Shown piece after piece: positions 47,615-60,339 of a stretch of DNA of 64,000 nt. The notes beneath the pieces were generated by a model. That model searched no databases. It was given only the letters and a program-made list of their open reading frames with translations, and had not been told where the DNA came from. The stretch is from Scyliorhinus canicula (taxonomy: Eukaryota). The stretch's first letter is position 1. Each line of letters opens with the position of its first letter. The translations under genes were made by a program, and so were the position numbers. The DNA lies in NCBI RefSeq assembly GCF_902713615.1, contig NC_052163.1, positions 84,493,721-84,557,720 of the forward strand. The letters are read 5' to 3'.

Positions 47615-47841
47615 GGGCAGCACGGTGGCCTAGTGGTTAGCACAACCGCCTCACGGCGCTGAGGTCCCAGGTTCGATCCCGGCTCTGGGTCACTGTCCGT
47701 GTGGAGTTTGCACATTCTCCCCGTGTCTGCGTGGGTTTCGCCCCCACAACCCAAAAAAAATGTGCAGAGTAGGTGGATTGGCCATGCTAAATTGCCCCTT
47801 AATTGGAAAAAATAATTGGGTAATCTAAATTTTAAAAAAAA
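47615..47841 (+). mobile_element. Short-tail SINE with a 14-bp TSD
   Basis: TSD agaaataagaagtt at 47600-47613 and 47842-47855. Confidence 0.9.
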
Positions 47842-49039
47842 AGAAATAAGAAGTTGCAAAGTGTTCTCCAAAAGAAAAATCTCAGAGTGCTGATTGATGA
47901 GAGGCTGCTGAGAATGTACACGATGCAGCAACACTGACCCACCGACACAACAACAGCAATTTACAGTGAGTCAGTGGTGAGAGGACTGGTCTGAGTGCTA
48001 GAACTTAAAACATCAGCACAAACCATCAGAGTCCATTTACAGATTGATTCTGGTCCACATGCCTCGGGTTGTATTCACCCCAGAGCCTGAGTTCCAGACT
48101 CCAAATGTGTAGCAATGAGAATCAGAGCAACAAGGCTCAAAAAAGGAGCAACAATGAGAGCAATAGATTCAAGGTAGGGAGAGGAAGTTGTGGACTGTGA
48201 TCTTTTGAATGGAGACTGAAGAAAGAGTCCCTGAGATGATATGAAGCTGTTTAAGATACCAGATCCAAACAGTTTCTGGCCAAGTAACTAGTGCAGGAAG
48301 TGAAGGTTTCTCCTGGGAGGAAGTGTATGTTGGGGAAGTGAGGGTCTGTTTCAACTCTAATATCACATTTGATATGATCCCATTCTTTAAAAACAAAGCT
48401 GAAGAAATGTAGAAGACCCCAGAGTTTAAATTCCTAAGTTCTGTTTATCTGCCACTTTTCACACGACATGGGTTTTTAAATCAAGCTTCTCTGAGCAATC
48501 AGTTTTTTGGAGAAAGTGATTGAAGCTGTTGGGTGTCTTTACACATTTTATTGGTTAAAGCGTACATCAATGGTGGAGCCACAATTAAACGTCCAGGCTT
48601 GGGCCCCACAGAGGGTTTTACAGTTTATTTGTAACAGGCATTTGGGGATTGGCTGAAGATGCCTCATTATGCCTTTTAGGATGACCAGGAACAGCAGCAA
48701 TGTCAATGAATATAGTCAGTAATTCTGAATGAACTGCAGTCATTAGATTTACTAAATGCTGCAGAGATGTGAAAGGTTCAGGTTCAGATCAGTAAAATGT
48801 GCATCAGAGTTTGGATTCACAATTCAAATCAGAATTTGGACGGGTTGAGGATGGCAATGAATGACTTGAGTAATGAACTCTGATATCCATGGCATTAAGC
48901 AGATCCAGAACCAGGGATCCTGAGCAATCTTATTGGGTAGAAGGATATCACAGTACCGAAGAAGCACGAATATCAATATTTACAGTACGTCCTTAACATA
49001 CATTGAACGGAAGCGTGTTTACTTGTTGAGCTGAACCCT

Positions 49040-51225
49040 ACATGCCCCATAATATTCCTCTTTAAAGCATGAAGGATAGAAATGGCAGGATTCGGGAACC
49101 ATGGAATAAAAGGGAAATTGTAAGCTTAGTCAAAAGGAAAAAAGAATCATACAATAGGTTTAGGCATCTAAAAACTGACGAAGACCTTAAGGAGTACAGT
49201 GAAAGTAGGAAGGAACTTAAACGTGGAATTAGGAGGGCTAAAAGGAGCCATGAAATGTCTTTAGCAAACATGGTCAAGGGGAATCCCAAGGCTTTTTCTG
49301 CATATATTAGGAGCAAGAGGGTAGCAAGAGAAAAGTAGGCCGACTCAAGGATAATGGAGGGAAGTTATGCGTGGAACCACAGGAAATGGATGAAATCCTT
49401 AATGAGTACTTTGTATTGATATTCACCAGGGAGAAGAACAACATGACGAATGTTGAGGTGAGGGATAGGTGTATAAACGCTCTTGAGAATGTCAATATCA
49501 AAAGGAGGAAGTGTTGAGTATCCCAAATTACATTAAGGTAGACAAGTCCCCAGAGCCAGATGGGATCTATCCCAGGTTACTGCGGCAGGCAAGGGGAGAA
49601 ATAGCTGGGGCCTTAACAGATATCTTTACATCCTCTTTGACTACAGGCAAGGGCCAGAGGATAGCCAATGTTATTCCCTTGTTTAAGAAAGGAAGCAGGG
49701 ATAATCCAGCAAATTATAGGCCCATGAGCTGGACATCAGTGGTGGGGAAACTTTTGGGAAAGATACTGAGAGATAGGATACATGCATATTGGAGGTAAAT
49801 GGACTAGGTAATGACAGGCAGCATAGTTTTGTACAAGGAAGGTCATGTCTCACCAACTTGATTGAGTTTTTGAAGAGGTGACAAAGAAAATTGATGAAAG
49901 AAGGGCTGGGTATGTAGTTTATATGGACTTTAGTAAGGCATTTGACAAGGTCCCACATGGCAGACTGGTACAAAAACTAAAATCACATGGGTTTTGGGGT
50001 GGGTTGGCTGGATGGATACAGAACTGGCTTGGTTATAGAAGACAGAGAAACAGTAGAAGGTTGTTTTCCAGAATGGAGACCTGTAGCTAATGGTGTTCCA
50101 CAGGGATCAATGCTGGGGCCTCTGTTGTTTGTAGTATATATAAATGACCTGGAGGAAAATATGTGTGGTTAGATTAGTAAGTTTGCGAATGACACAAAGA
50201 TTGGCGGAGTTGCTGCCGAGAATACAACAGAATATAGATAGACTGGAGACTTGGGCACAGAAATGGTAGATGGAGTTTAATCCGAACAAATGCAAGGAGA
50301 TGCATTTTGGAAGTTTAAATCTAGGTATGAATTATAATGTAGTGGCAGAACCCTTAGGAACATTAACATACAGTGGAATCTGGGCTTGTAGGTCCACAGT
50401 TCCCTAAAAGTGGCAACACAGGTGGCCAAGGTGATTAAGAAGACATGTGGCACGCTTGCCTTCATCAGCCGGGGCATTGAGTACAGGAGCTGGGAAATCA
50501 TGTTGCAGCTGTATAAAACCTGGGATAAAAGCAAATTACTGCGGATGCTGGAATCTGAAACAAAAGAGAAAATGCTGGAAAATCTCAGCAGGTCTGGTAG
50601 CATCTGTAGGGAGAGAAAAGAGCTAATGTTTCGAGTCCAATGACTCTTGTCAAAGCTGGTTAGCTTGCTGGTTGCAGCTATACAAAACATTGGTTAGGCC
50701 GCAATTGGAGTATTGTGTGCAGTTCTGGTCACTACATTATCAGGAGGACGTGAAAGGTTTGGAGAGAGTGTAAAGAAGATTCACCAGAGTGTTGCCTTCT
50801 CTCAAGGGTGTTGGCTATGAGGTGAGGTTGAATAAATTAGGATTGTCATGGAAAGACGGAGGCTGAGGGGGACCTGATAGAGGTCTATATAATTGAGAGG
50901 CATAGACGGAATGGATAGTCAGAGTTTTTTCTAAGGGTGAAAGTATCAATTACAAGGGGGCACAGGTTCAAGGTGAGAGGGGGAAAGTTTAAGGGAGATG
51001 TGCAGGGTAAGTTTTTCAAGCAGAGAGTGGTGGTTGCCTGAAATGCACAACCACAGGATGCGGTGGAAATAGCCACATTTAAGAGGCATCTGGATGGGTA
51101 CATGAAAAGGGAGGAGCTAGAGGGAGATGAACCGAGTAAGGGCAGAAGTTTTTTTTCAAAGTTAGGGCATCATGTTTGGCACAGGCTGGGAGGGCCAGAG
51201 GGCTTGTTCCTGTGTTGTACCTTTC
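49040..51225 (+). mobile_element. Degenerate CR1 LINE in the J2-C2 intron (antisense to IgL)
   Basis: [32 protein letters not shown] and FKQRVV motifs, with stops. Confidence 0.88.
50525..50660 (-). mobile_element. Penelope-like fragment with a minimal hammerhead motif, nested in the CR1
   Basis: Minus strand AGCT-TTGACAA-GAGTC-attg-GACTC-GAAA-CATT-AGCT; the flanking CR1 sequence gttgcagctgtataaaac is imperfectly duplicated. Confidence 0.6.
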
Positions 51226-51851
51226 TTTGTTCTTTAAACCAATATTGTGGAGAATAAAGCTAACTGGTTGTTGATCTCGGATCTCACTGCCGTGTTTTCC
51301 TGAGTAGCAATGAATTTACTTCAAAAGTAATAAAAACAGTGTGAAACACTTGCATATGCCAATATTGATAAATAAATGTAGTTCCTTCCCAATGTATCTA
51401 ATTATGTAAAACATTCCCACCGTTCTTATTTAAGGTAGCTCATTTATAGAGGGGGCGGGGGGGGGGGTGGTCACAGTTTAGCCCTTTCCCCACTGTTCTT
51501 CAGTCAGGTTTGGGAACTCAGCAATTATCCAAAACCACTGCCTAACCAACAAAAAAAATTGCTCACAGGGAATTGAAATGATTGAAGCTCCAATTATGAT
51601 TAAATGACTCAATTAAGAAGAATACAGTACGAATAACGAGAGCAGCAGCTATTCAGTCAGAATTGAAGCATTAACTAAATTGGCAGAGATAGAATCACAG
51701 GATTGGATATGGAGGATGTTTCAACTGGAATCAGAAGTTTTACTGACAAATGATAGTCCAACAAGTAGATATTAGAGTTTAAATTAATTAATTTCTAATC
51801 TTCAAAATCCACACAGCAAGTTTCTTCAGGAGGGAGTTTCCAGCCACTTAC

Positions 51852-51888
51852 CTGCAACAAAGAGTTTGGTCCCTTGGCCAAACACCCA
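51852..51888 (-). CDS. IgL joining segment J2 (WVFGQGTKLFVA)
   Basis: Same protein as J1; donor intact. Confidence 0.93.
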
Positions 51889-51927
51889 CACAGTGTGATG
51901 TTCCAGGGTTCAGTCCATACAGTTACC
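51889..51927 (+). other. J2 23-RSS
   Basis: CACAGTG, 23-nt spacer, ACAGTTACC. Confidence 0.85.
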
Positions 51928-52238
51928 CCGGATCCTGGAATCAGACTGAAAACAAGCTCAGATTCTCCACTCCAGCATTATTCAGGCTTCCTGTATTCCC
52001 AGAGTTCCTGCTGGTGAGGGACAATAAGGAATAAACTCACAGCAACATCCACACACTGATAGTAAAATATCATCAACACCCAATACTGGGCAGTGAGATT
52101 CAGAATGTTATTAACAATTAAATGATAGCAATTGGAAAATATTGTATGAAGTACATTATCAAACTGTGTAATGAGATCAAAACACGGCAAAGATTTATCA
52201 GAAAGAAGGATGTTAATTGTATACTATTTGCTGCTACC

Positions 52239-52266
52239 CGTTTTTATTTTACCTTCTGTCAATGTG
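52239..52266 (-). other. V2 12-RSS, degenerate
   Basis: CACATTG + 12 nt + ATAAAAACG. Confidence 0.8.
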
Positions 52267-55200
52267 ACACATAAGTACTGCTCGAGGAAACCCACTTTCC
52301 ACAGTAATAGACGGCGGCATCATTCACCTCCACGTTCTTTATGATTGGCTGGTAAATGTTGTGGCCGCTGTTGGCTTTCGATGTGAAATGGTCGCTGCTA
52401 AACCCAGAACCATAGCTCGGGGCACTGATGGAATATTGATAGAAGAGGATCCATTGAGGAGTTGATCCCGGTGTCTGCCTGTGGTGATATAACCACTGTA
52501 GATATGTGTACTTACAGTAGGGGGATGTATGGCTGTACCCGTAATACAGGTTCCTCCGGTAAGCCCCTGCCGGCTAGCTCCGCCCACAGGGAGCTTGTGT
52601 ATAAATATGCGTGTGAGTTACTCAGACCCTAGTCTACAGTTATAGCCGGAGGAATAGCATCACACAGCAATAAAGCCTCGATTGTACTTGTCTCGCGTCT
52701 TTGAGTGCAATTGTTAGCGCCACAATTTATTGCTGTGCGATTTTCCGTTCACCATGATCATCAGAATTAAGCAACGGCTGCTGGAAGGGGCCGCCCTCGA
52801 CCTCGCGGCCACAATGACTCTGGCGCTTACCATGATGGCCGCCTCCCGTAGTGCGCGATCTTACTCCGCTAGCTGCTCGGCCCACCCACCCTACCCCTCG
52901 TGGACCCCGCAACCGCCCCCCCCCCCCAGCAGCCGCCCCTGCGCACTACGCCTGCGCTGCTCGCCGCACTGCGCTCCCTGGGGGTCCCCACTGTTACTTC
53001 TGTGGTCAGCAGAAGCACCCCCGCCAACACTGTCCGGCCCGCACCGCGACCTGCAGAGCTTGTGGCAAGAAAGGCCACTTTGCAGCGGTGTGTCAGTCCC
53101 GGACGGTTGCCGCTATCGCGCCCCCGTTCCCCTCGCCTCAGCTGATCGCTCAATGGGCCCTGCCGTCCGCTTCCCTGACCCCACATGCGATCAGTGGGTG
53201 CCGCCATCTTTCGCCGCCCCCGCCACGTGCGCTCCATGGGCGCCGTCATTTTCATCCCCCACCGCATGTGCATTCCATGGGCGCCGCCCTTTTGTCCCGA
53301 CCCCACAACGTGCGCTCCATGAGCGCAGCCATTTTGTCCGCCGCCATCTTCTCCCACACAGATACTCCAGATGCCGCCATTTTGTCCTCCCCAGGACGGG
53401 GCCACGGGACGCGGGTCACTACCGCTCCTCGTCGGACTCATCTGATTCGACCGCCGATCGCCCGCTACTCGCCTCCGTTACGCTCGACCAGTTGCGTCCT
53501 CGCAACCTGGCACCCTCTTCCTCATCGGTGCTGGTCAACGGCCACGTGACCTCCTGCCTTATCAACTCCGGGAGCACCGAGAGCTTCGTCCACCCGGAAA
53601 CGGTAAGGCGCTATTCCCTTGCTGTCCATCCCACCAACCGGCAGATCTCTCTCGCCTCCGTGTCCCACTCTGTCCCGATCCGGGGTTTCTGCCTGGTTAA
53701 ACTTACTGTACAGGGCGTGGAATTCGACCGTTTCCGTCTGTACATTCTCCCCAACCTCTGCGCATCACTCTTACTAGGCCTGGATTTCCAGTGCAATCTC
53801 CAGAGCCTCACCCTCAAATTCGGCGGACCCCTAGCTCCCCTCACCGTTTGCGGCCTCGCGACCCTCAAGGTCGAGCCTCCCTCACTCTTTGCCAATCTGA
53901 CTGCAGATTGCAAGCCTGTCGCCACCAGGAGCAGACGGTACAGCACCCAGGACAAGGCCTTCATCAGTTCCGAAGTCCAGTGACTGCTTCGGGAGGGTAT
54001 CATCGAGGCCAGCAACAGCCCTTGGAGAGCCCAGGTGGTAGTGGTTAAGACCGGGGAGAAGCACAGGATGGTCGTGGACTACAGCCAGACCATCAACCGG
54101 TACACGCAGCTCGACACATACCCCCTCCCCCGCATTTCTGATATGGTCAATCAGATTGCACAGTACCGGGTCTTCTCTACTATTGACCTGCAATCCGCCT
54201 ACCACCAGCTACCCATCCGTAAATTGGACCGTCCTTACACTGCCTTCGAGGCAGATGGTCGTCTGTACCAATTTCTTAGGGTTCCCTTCGGCGTCACAAA
54301 TGGAGTCTCGGTATTTCAACGAGAAATGGACAGAATGGTTGACCGGTACGGACTGCAGACCACCTTCCCGTACCTCGACAATGTCACCATCTGCCACCAT
54401 GACCAGCAGGACCATGACGCCAACCTTTATAAATTCCTCCACACCGCATCTCTCCTTAATCTCACATACAACAAGGAGAAGTGCGTGTTCCGCACAGACC
54501 GCATAGCCATGCTCGGCTACGTAGTCCAAAACGGACTACTGGGGACCGATCCCGACCGCATGCGCCCCCTCATGGAGCTTCCACTCCCCCACTGCCCCAA
54601 GGCCCTCAAACGCTGCCTTGGGTTCTTTTCTTATTACACCCAGTGGGTCCCACAATACGCAAACAAGGCCCGCCCGCTTATCCAGTCCACACATTTTCCC
54701 CTCTCGGCCGAGGCACAACAGGCCTTCGCCTGCATTTTTCTGACATGCCAGGGCGGGGATGCACGCAGTAGACGAGACACTGCCTTTCCAAGTAGAAAGC
54801 GACGCTTCAGATTTCGCACTTGCCGCCACGCCGAATCAGGCAGGCAGACCCGTGGCATTCTTTTTATGCACCCTCCACGCCTCCGTAATTCGACATTCCT
54901 CTGTTGAAAAGGAGGCCCAGGCAATCATTGAAGTGGTGCGGCACTGGAGGCATTACCTGGCCGGCAGGAGATTCACTCTCCTCACTGATCAACGGTCGGT
55001 AGCCTTCATGTTCAACAACACGCAGCGGGGCAAGATCAAGAATGACAAATTCTTGCGGTGGAGAATCGAGCTCTCCACCTTTAACTATGAGATCCTGTAT
55101 CGCCCCGGCAAGCTCAACGAGCCCCCAGACGCCCTCTCCCGAGGTACATGTGCCAGCGCACAAGTGAACCAGCTCCGTGCCTTGCACGAGAGCCTTTGCC

Positions 55201-56706
55201 ATCCGGGAGTCACTCGCTTGTACCAGCTAATCAAAGCCCGCAATCTGCCCTACTCCGTCGAGGAAGTACGGACAGTCACCAGAGACTGCCAGGTCTGTGC
55301 CGAGTGCAAGCCTCACTTCTACCGGCCAGATCGCGGGAGTCTGGTGAAAGCGTCCCGCCCCTTTGAACGCCTCAGCGTGGACTTCAAAGGACTTCCCCTC
55401 CACCGACCGCAACACCTACATCCTTAGCGTGGTTGATGAATTTTCTAGGTTCCCCTTCACCATCCCATGCCCGGATATGACGTCTGCCACAGTCATCAAG
55501 GCCCTGGATTCCATATTCGCTCTGTTCGGTTTCCCCGACTCCATCCACAGTGACAGGGGATCCTCGTTCATGAGCGATGAGCTGCGTCATTTCCTGCTCA
55601 GCCGAGGTATCGCCTCCAGCAGGACGACCAGCTACAACCCTCGGGGAAACGGGCAGGTAGAGAGGGAGATCGGGACGGTATGGAGGGCCGTCCAGCTGGG
55701 CCTACGGTCCAGGAACCTCCCAGCCGCTCGCTGGCAACAGGTCCTCCCTGACGAGCTCCATTCCATTCGGTCACTACAGTGCACCGCAACTAACAGTACA
55801 CCCCATGAACGTGTTTTTGCCTTCCCTAGGAAGTCTACATCCGGGGTCTCGCTCCTGACGTGGCTCACGACTCCAGGCCCAGTCCTTCTCCGTAGGCATG
55901 TCCGGCACCACAAGGCGGAACCCCTGGTGGATAAAGTACGGCTTCTCCACGCCAACCCTCAATATGCCTACGTGGAGTTCCCCGACGGCCGCCAGGACAC
56001 AGTCTCGCTCCGGGACCTGGCTCAGGTGCCGATCCCATGCCCACGCCCCTTTCCCCCCCCCGCACCACCCTCCTGTTCTCCGGCACCCCCCTATTCATCC
56101 CCACCAGGTCCATCCCTCGTCCCCCTGCCCACACTAGAGGACACGGAAAATTTCGGCTCGCTCTCGGAGTCACCCCGCCAGCAGCCAGCACCAACACCAC
56201 CAGCACCTGCACCGACGTCGCCACCTGTAACCTGCTAAGCGGATGGATTCTTGGTTTTCTTTGTTTGAACCCTTTTGTACATACTTCATCCTTTGTATTA
56301 TAGTTACACGTCACCCCCGCCGGACTCATTTTTACAGGGGGTGAATGTGGTATTAACCACTGTAGATATGTGTACTTGCAGTAGTGGGATGTATGGCTGT
56401 ACCTGGAATACAGGTTCCTCCGGTAAGCCCCTTCCGGCTAGCTCCGCCCACAGGGAGCTTGTGTATAAATATGCGGATGAGTCACTCAGACCCTAGTCTA
56501 CAGTTGCAGCCGGAGGAATAGCATCACACAGCAATAAAGCCTCGATTGTACTTGTCTCGCGTCTTTGAGTGCAATTGTTACGCCACACTGCTTGTACCAG
56601 CTCACAACATAGCCATCATCCGCTCCAATGTTACAGTCCAGTGTGGCCATGTTTCCCGGTGTCACAGTCAGGTCTGGAGGCTGAGTCAGAGTCTGAGACT
56701 GTCCAT
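52267..56706 (-). pseudogene. IgL V2 exon split by Gypsy C (halves 56588-56706 and 52267-52479)
   Basis: Removing the element and one TSD copy restores an open frame: QTLTQPP...CNIGADDGYVVSWYKQTPGSTPQWILFYQYSISAPSYGSGFS...YYCGKWVSSSSTYV. Confidence 0.93.
52480..56587 (+). mobile_element. Gypsy retrotransposon C; LTRs 52480-52724 and 56346-56587
   Basis: LTRs ~95% identical; 5-bp TSD CTGCC/CTGCT; PPT ttttacaggggg; PR, RT (YLDNV), RH and IN present; gag has an internal deletion. Confidence 0.95.
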
Positions 56707-56810
56707 CTGTAAAAGAGCAGAGATTAAACATTAGAAATTGACTGTTTAAAAGTGATTCCGAGACCTCCACTGCTGCTGCGGGAGGAGCAGAGTTCAGTGT
56801 TTGTACTTAC

Positions 56811-56859
56811 AGCCCAGCCACAGCGCCAGAGAGCAGAAAAAACACAACATCCGCATCAT
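56811..56859 (-). CDS. V2 leader exon (MMRMLCFFCSLALWLG)
   Basis: Identical to the V1 leader; donor intact. Confidence 0.88.
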
Positions 56860-56969
56860 TGCTGCCAGTGAGCTTGCTGCCTCCTTCAGTGAGTGTATCT
56901 GTACCAGACTGTGGCAGCAGCTGCCCATTGAACCCAGTTATAGAGCCATTCAGACCAGGAAAGAACCCC

Positions 56970-56977
56970 ATGCAAAT
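56970..56977 (-). promoter_or_regulatory. V2 promoter octamer ATTTGCAT
   Basis: Same position relative to the ATG as in cluster 1. Confidence 0.85.
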
Positions 56978-57979
56978 TAGAGAATTCACACTCACGAATC
57001 AGAGCAAGGACATGACCCCCCGCCAATCAGCGATACAAACACAGATTGAGAGACAGGAACGTCACTAATTTCCATTCAAACCCAAGAAACTGAATCCTCG
57101 GGAATGTCCCACTTTCCGCTCTTTCAGATGCTTGTTTATTCTGTTCGGCATTGAGTTTAAATTAAAACAAGAACTCTGTTATACCACATCCTGGGCATCT
57201 CTCTTGTGTTGAGGTTCTTTCTAGAGTGCTGACATCTTTTAAATTGGATTTCTAAACACTTCTACATCACACGTTGGTTTGGCTGACGTTACAGGCAGCT
57301 TTCTACCAGAGAAACAATCTGAAACATTCTCTACAATGACAAACTCTTCATCTCACACTTACTGTGTGACGCCTGCACAGACACAAGAGTGAATGAACCC
57401 TTCAGTTAGCGTTCAGATAATCTGGGCATGTGGATATTGACACTGCTTCAGCAGTGAATGATCACATTCAACAGGAAAGGGGCTGGAGTATAATTAATTA
57501 CCAATGTGCTGACTGACCTGTCACCTATCATATTCTAGCCTTCTATCAGTCAACAATAGACTATCAAACTATCAATATTCTACGAACTGTTAACTACATT
57601 TTATTATCTGAGTCAGTTTTTTTCACTGAATCAGAACATTGAGAGTGACCCTAAGAATGTGGAACTCACTAACACAGGGAGCAGGTGAAGCAAATAGTAT
57701 GGGAACATTTAGATGAGGAAAGGTGGGAGGAGGCTGGAATATACCATAAACACCAGCACGGTCCAGTTGGGCTGAATGGCCTGTTTCTCTGCCATGCTGG
57801 GGGACATGGCCTAGATTCAAGCTATTTGTAGCTTTTAGAAATCCACGCCCAAAATCAAATTGTTTTGAGACTTGTTGGCTCTTGTTGGATGAAGTAAAGG
57901 AAGTTATACTGAGTTGCACATTCATATTGCTGCGCTCAGCATATCATTGAAAGTAAACTCTGAGAGAGTGTGAATCTAG

Positions 57980-58212
57980 AGCGGCAAGGTAGCACAGTGC
58001 TTGGCACTTCTGCCTCACAGCAACATAGATGTGCCGATTAGGTGAATTGGTCATGTTAACTTGCCTCTTCGTGTCCCAAGGTGTTCAGGTTAGATGGGGT
58101 TCCAGGCTAGGGCAGGGTGTGGGCCTAGGTTGCTGTTCTTTCAGCGTGTCGGTGCAGACTCAATGGGTCAAATGGCCTCCTTCTGCACTGTAGGGATTCT
58201 CTGATTCTATGA
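57980..58212 (+). mobile_element. Older, internally deleted HE1-like SINE
   Basis: gcggcaaggtagcacagtg head; aatggcctccttctgcactgtagggattct tail. Confidence 0.75.
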
Positions 58213-58264
58213 TACAGCATAAAACATACATGTAACCTGTGTAAGTATGTAATTCACCTCACTT

Positions 58265-59030
58265 AAATATTGAAGGGGTTTTGGTGAAGCGAAACTGCAT
58301 TAAGATGGCAGCTTCACCCAATTAGATTAAATATGACTTTATGCAGCTCAAACCAGTTTCCCTCAGTGGGTGAAACTAGCAAACACCTGGTGTTCCAGCA
58401 GGAATTGTGCAATATTATTTTAAGAAGAGGGACTGTCCAGAACAGTCAAACCCTCCAGATTGGTTTCTGATACCAACATTACACAAATATCTTGGTTTCT
58501 GTTCCATCTGACATGTTTCTTTAAGTATCTGTCAGACACTCGTTGTTTAACAGGGTCTTGTCTCCAGTACAGTGGGGAGTCTGAGCAAGGTCAATATTAA
58601 CAAGAATTGCTCCCATATTTCTGCCATGATTGTTGCTTGGGTTACTGCACCCAACAGTTCTATTCACTGAACATCACATGAAACAGTTTAACTCTGTGTG
58701 ACATTGGCCTCTTGATCAAAGTCACAGGAGGAAAGTTCTTTCAGATATACAAAGACCTTCAGACTTCTGATGTTGGCCATGAGTTGAATCGTCAAACGAA
58801 AGGTAGCTCTCATCTAGGAACTTCAGATTAAACTTTTCATCTCCACCAAAGCGGCACAAAAAGGACGTAAAGTTCCCCAAATAACCCCCCATTCACTGCA
58901 TACAATACCTTCATTTCAATGTCATCCATTTTATATCCCTGACAAGGTAAAATGATCCAATGTGTCATTTTATTCTTTCACTGGGTGAAATTTAGCTCAT
59001 TTTTCGGTAGCTGCTGCCATTCAGGAGCTG
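58265..59030. promoter_or_regulatory. Cluster-2 paralogue of the conserved non-coding block
   Basis: E-box CACCTG 58384-58389 and caggaatt 58399-58406 align with 27721-27743. Confidence 0.5.
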
Positions 59031-59127
59031 AAGGTGCCGGCAGCAATCAATCGCATTGCCCCAGTGACCATTCCTTGTTTTATTTGCTCATGGGATGTAG
59101 GCGTCACTGGCTAGACCAGCATTTGAA

Positions 59128-59292
59128 AATGAAATGAAAATGAAAATGAAAATCGCTTATTGTCACAAGTAGGCTTCAAATGAAGTTACTGTGAAAAGCC
59201 CCTGATCTCCACATTCCGCCGCTTGTTCGGGGAGGCTGGTATGGGAATTGAACCATGCTGCTGGCCTGCCTTGGTCTGCTTTCAAAGCCAGC
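59128..59292 (-). mobile_element. SINE of the 37596 family
   Basis: gaaaatcgcttattgtcacaagtaggcttc...gctttcaaagccagc; (tgaaa)n tail. Confidence 0.8.
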
Positions 59293-59304
59293 TTTTATTG
59301 CCAA

Positions 59305-60339
59305 TCTCTTTTTAAAAAATGTTTTATTGTTTTTTTGTTATACATAGCACAGTATGAATACACACAGAAAATACTTTTACAAGGGGGGAGGGGGGCATTT
59401 TTGGTGGTTTGTTTTTGTTTATTTACATGATTTTCGACTGTTTCTTCTGTTTATTCTTTTGTTTTCTTTCCGCTTTACTGCATTCATTGTGTTCCCCTGT
59501 GTTTCCTTTCCCGCTTGTGTTCTCCTCCCTCTTTTCTCCCTCCTGGTTCTCCTCCGTTGTCCCCCCCCCCCCCCCCCCCCCCCCACCACCTCCCCTCACC
59601 CTCCTTCCCTGCTGTCCCCCTCTCTCTCTCGCTGGATTTGGTTATGGTTTCTTGGTTCACCGGGTTTTCCCCCTTCCTCCTCTTTCCTATTGCGCCTTGG
59701 CTACCTTATCTTAGTCCCTGGCTACCTAGTTGCTGGCCACAAACAAGTCCCAAAACAACCAGGTGAATGATTCCCATCTTCTGCCCCACGGATGGTAAAT
59801 TTGATTTTCTCCATTTGGAGAAATTCCGATAGGTCGGACAGCCAGTCTGCAGCTTTTGGTGGTGCTGCTGACCGCCAGCCAAGGATGATTCTACGGCGGG
59901 CGATCAGGGAGGCAAAGGCAAGGGCGTTCACTCTCCTCCTCATGAAGAGATCTTGGCTGGTCTGATACCCCAAAAGCTGCCACTTCCGGGCATGCCTCCA
60001 CCCTCATCACCACCTTCTTGTACATTGCCTCGAAGAAGGCTGTCCAGTACCTGGCAAGTTTGTGGCAAGAGTAGAACATGTGGCCGTGGTTGGCCAGGTC
60101 TCCTTGGCACCGTTCACATTTATCCTCCACCTCCGGGAAAAACCTGCTCATTTGGGTTCTGGTCAAGTGGGCTCTATGTAACCCTTTTAGTGCATTAGGT
60201 TGAGTCTTGCTCATGTGGAGGTGGTGTTGACCCTGTGTAGTGCTTTACTCCAGAGTCCCCCACCCTATTTCGCACCCCAAGTCTTCCTCCCACTGCCTCC
60301 TTGTCGTGTCCAGCTTGGCATCAACCCTCTCCATCAGTC
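59305..60339 (-). mobile_element. L1-like 3' end
   Basis: CERCQGDLANHGHMFYSC and LIARRRIILGW motifs; A-rich tail at ~59310. Confidence 0.8.
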
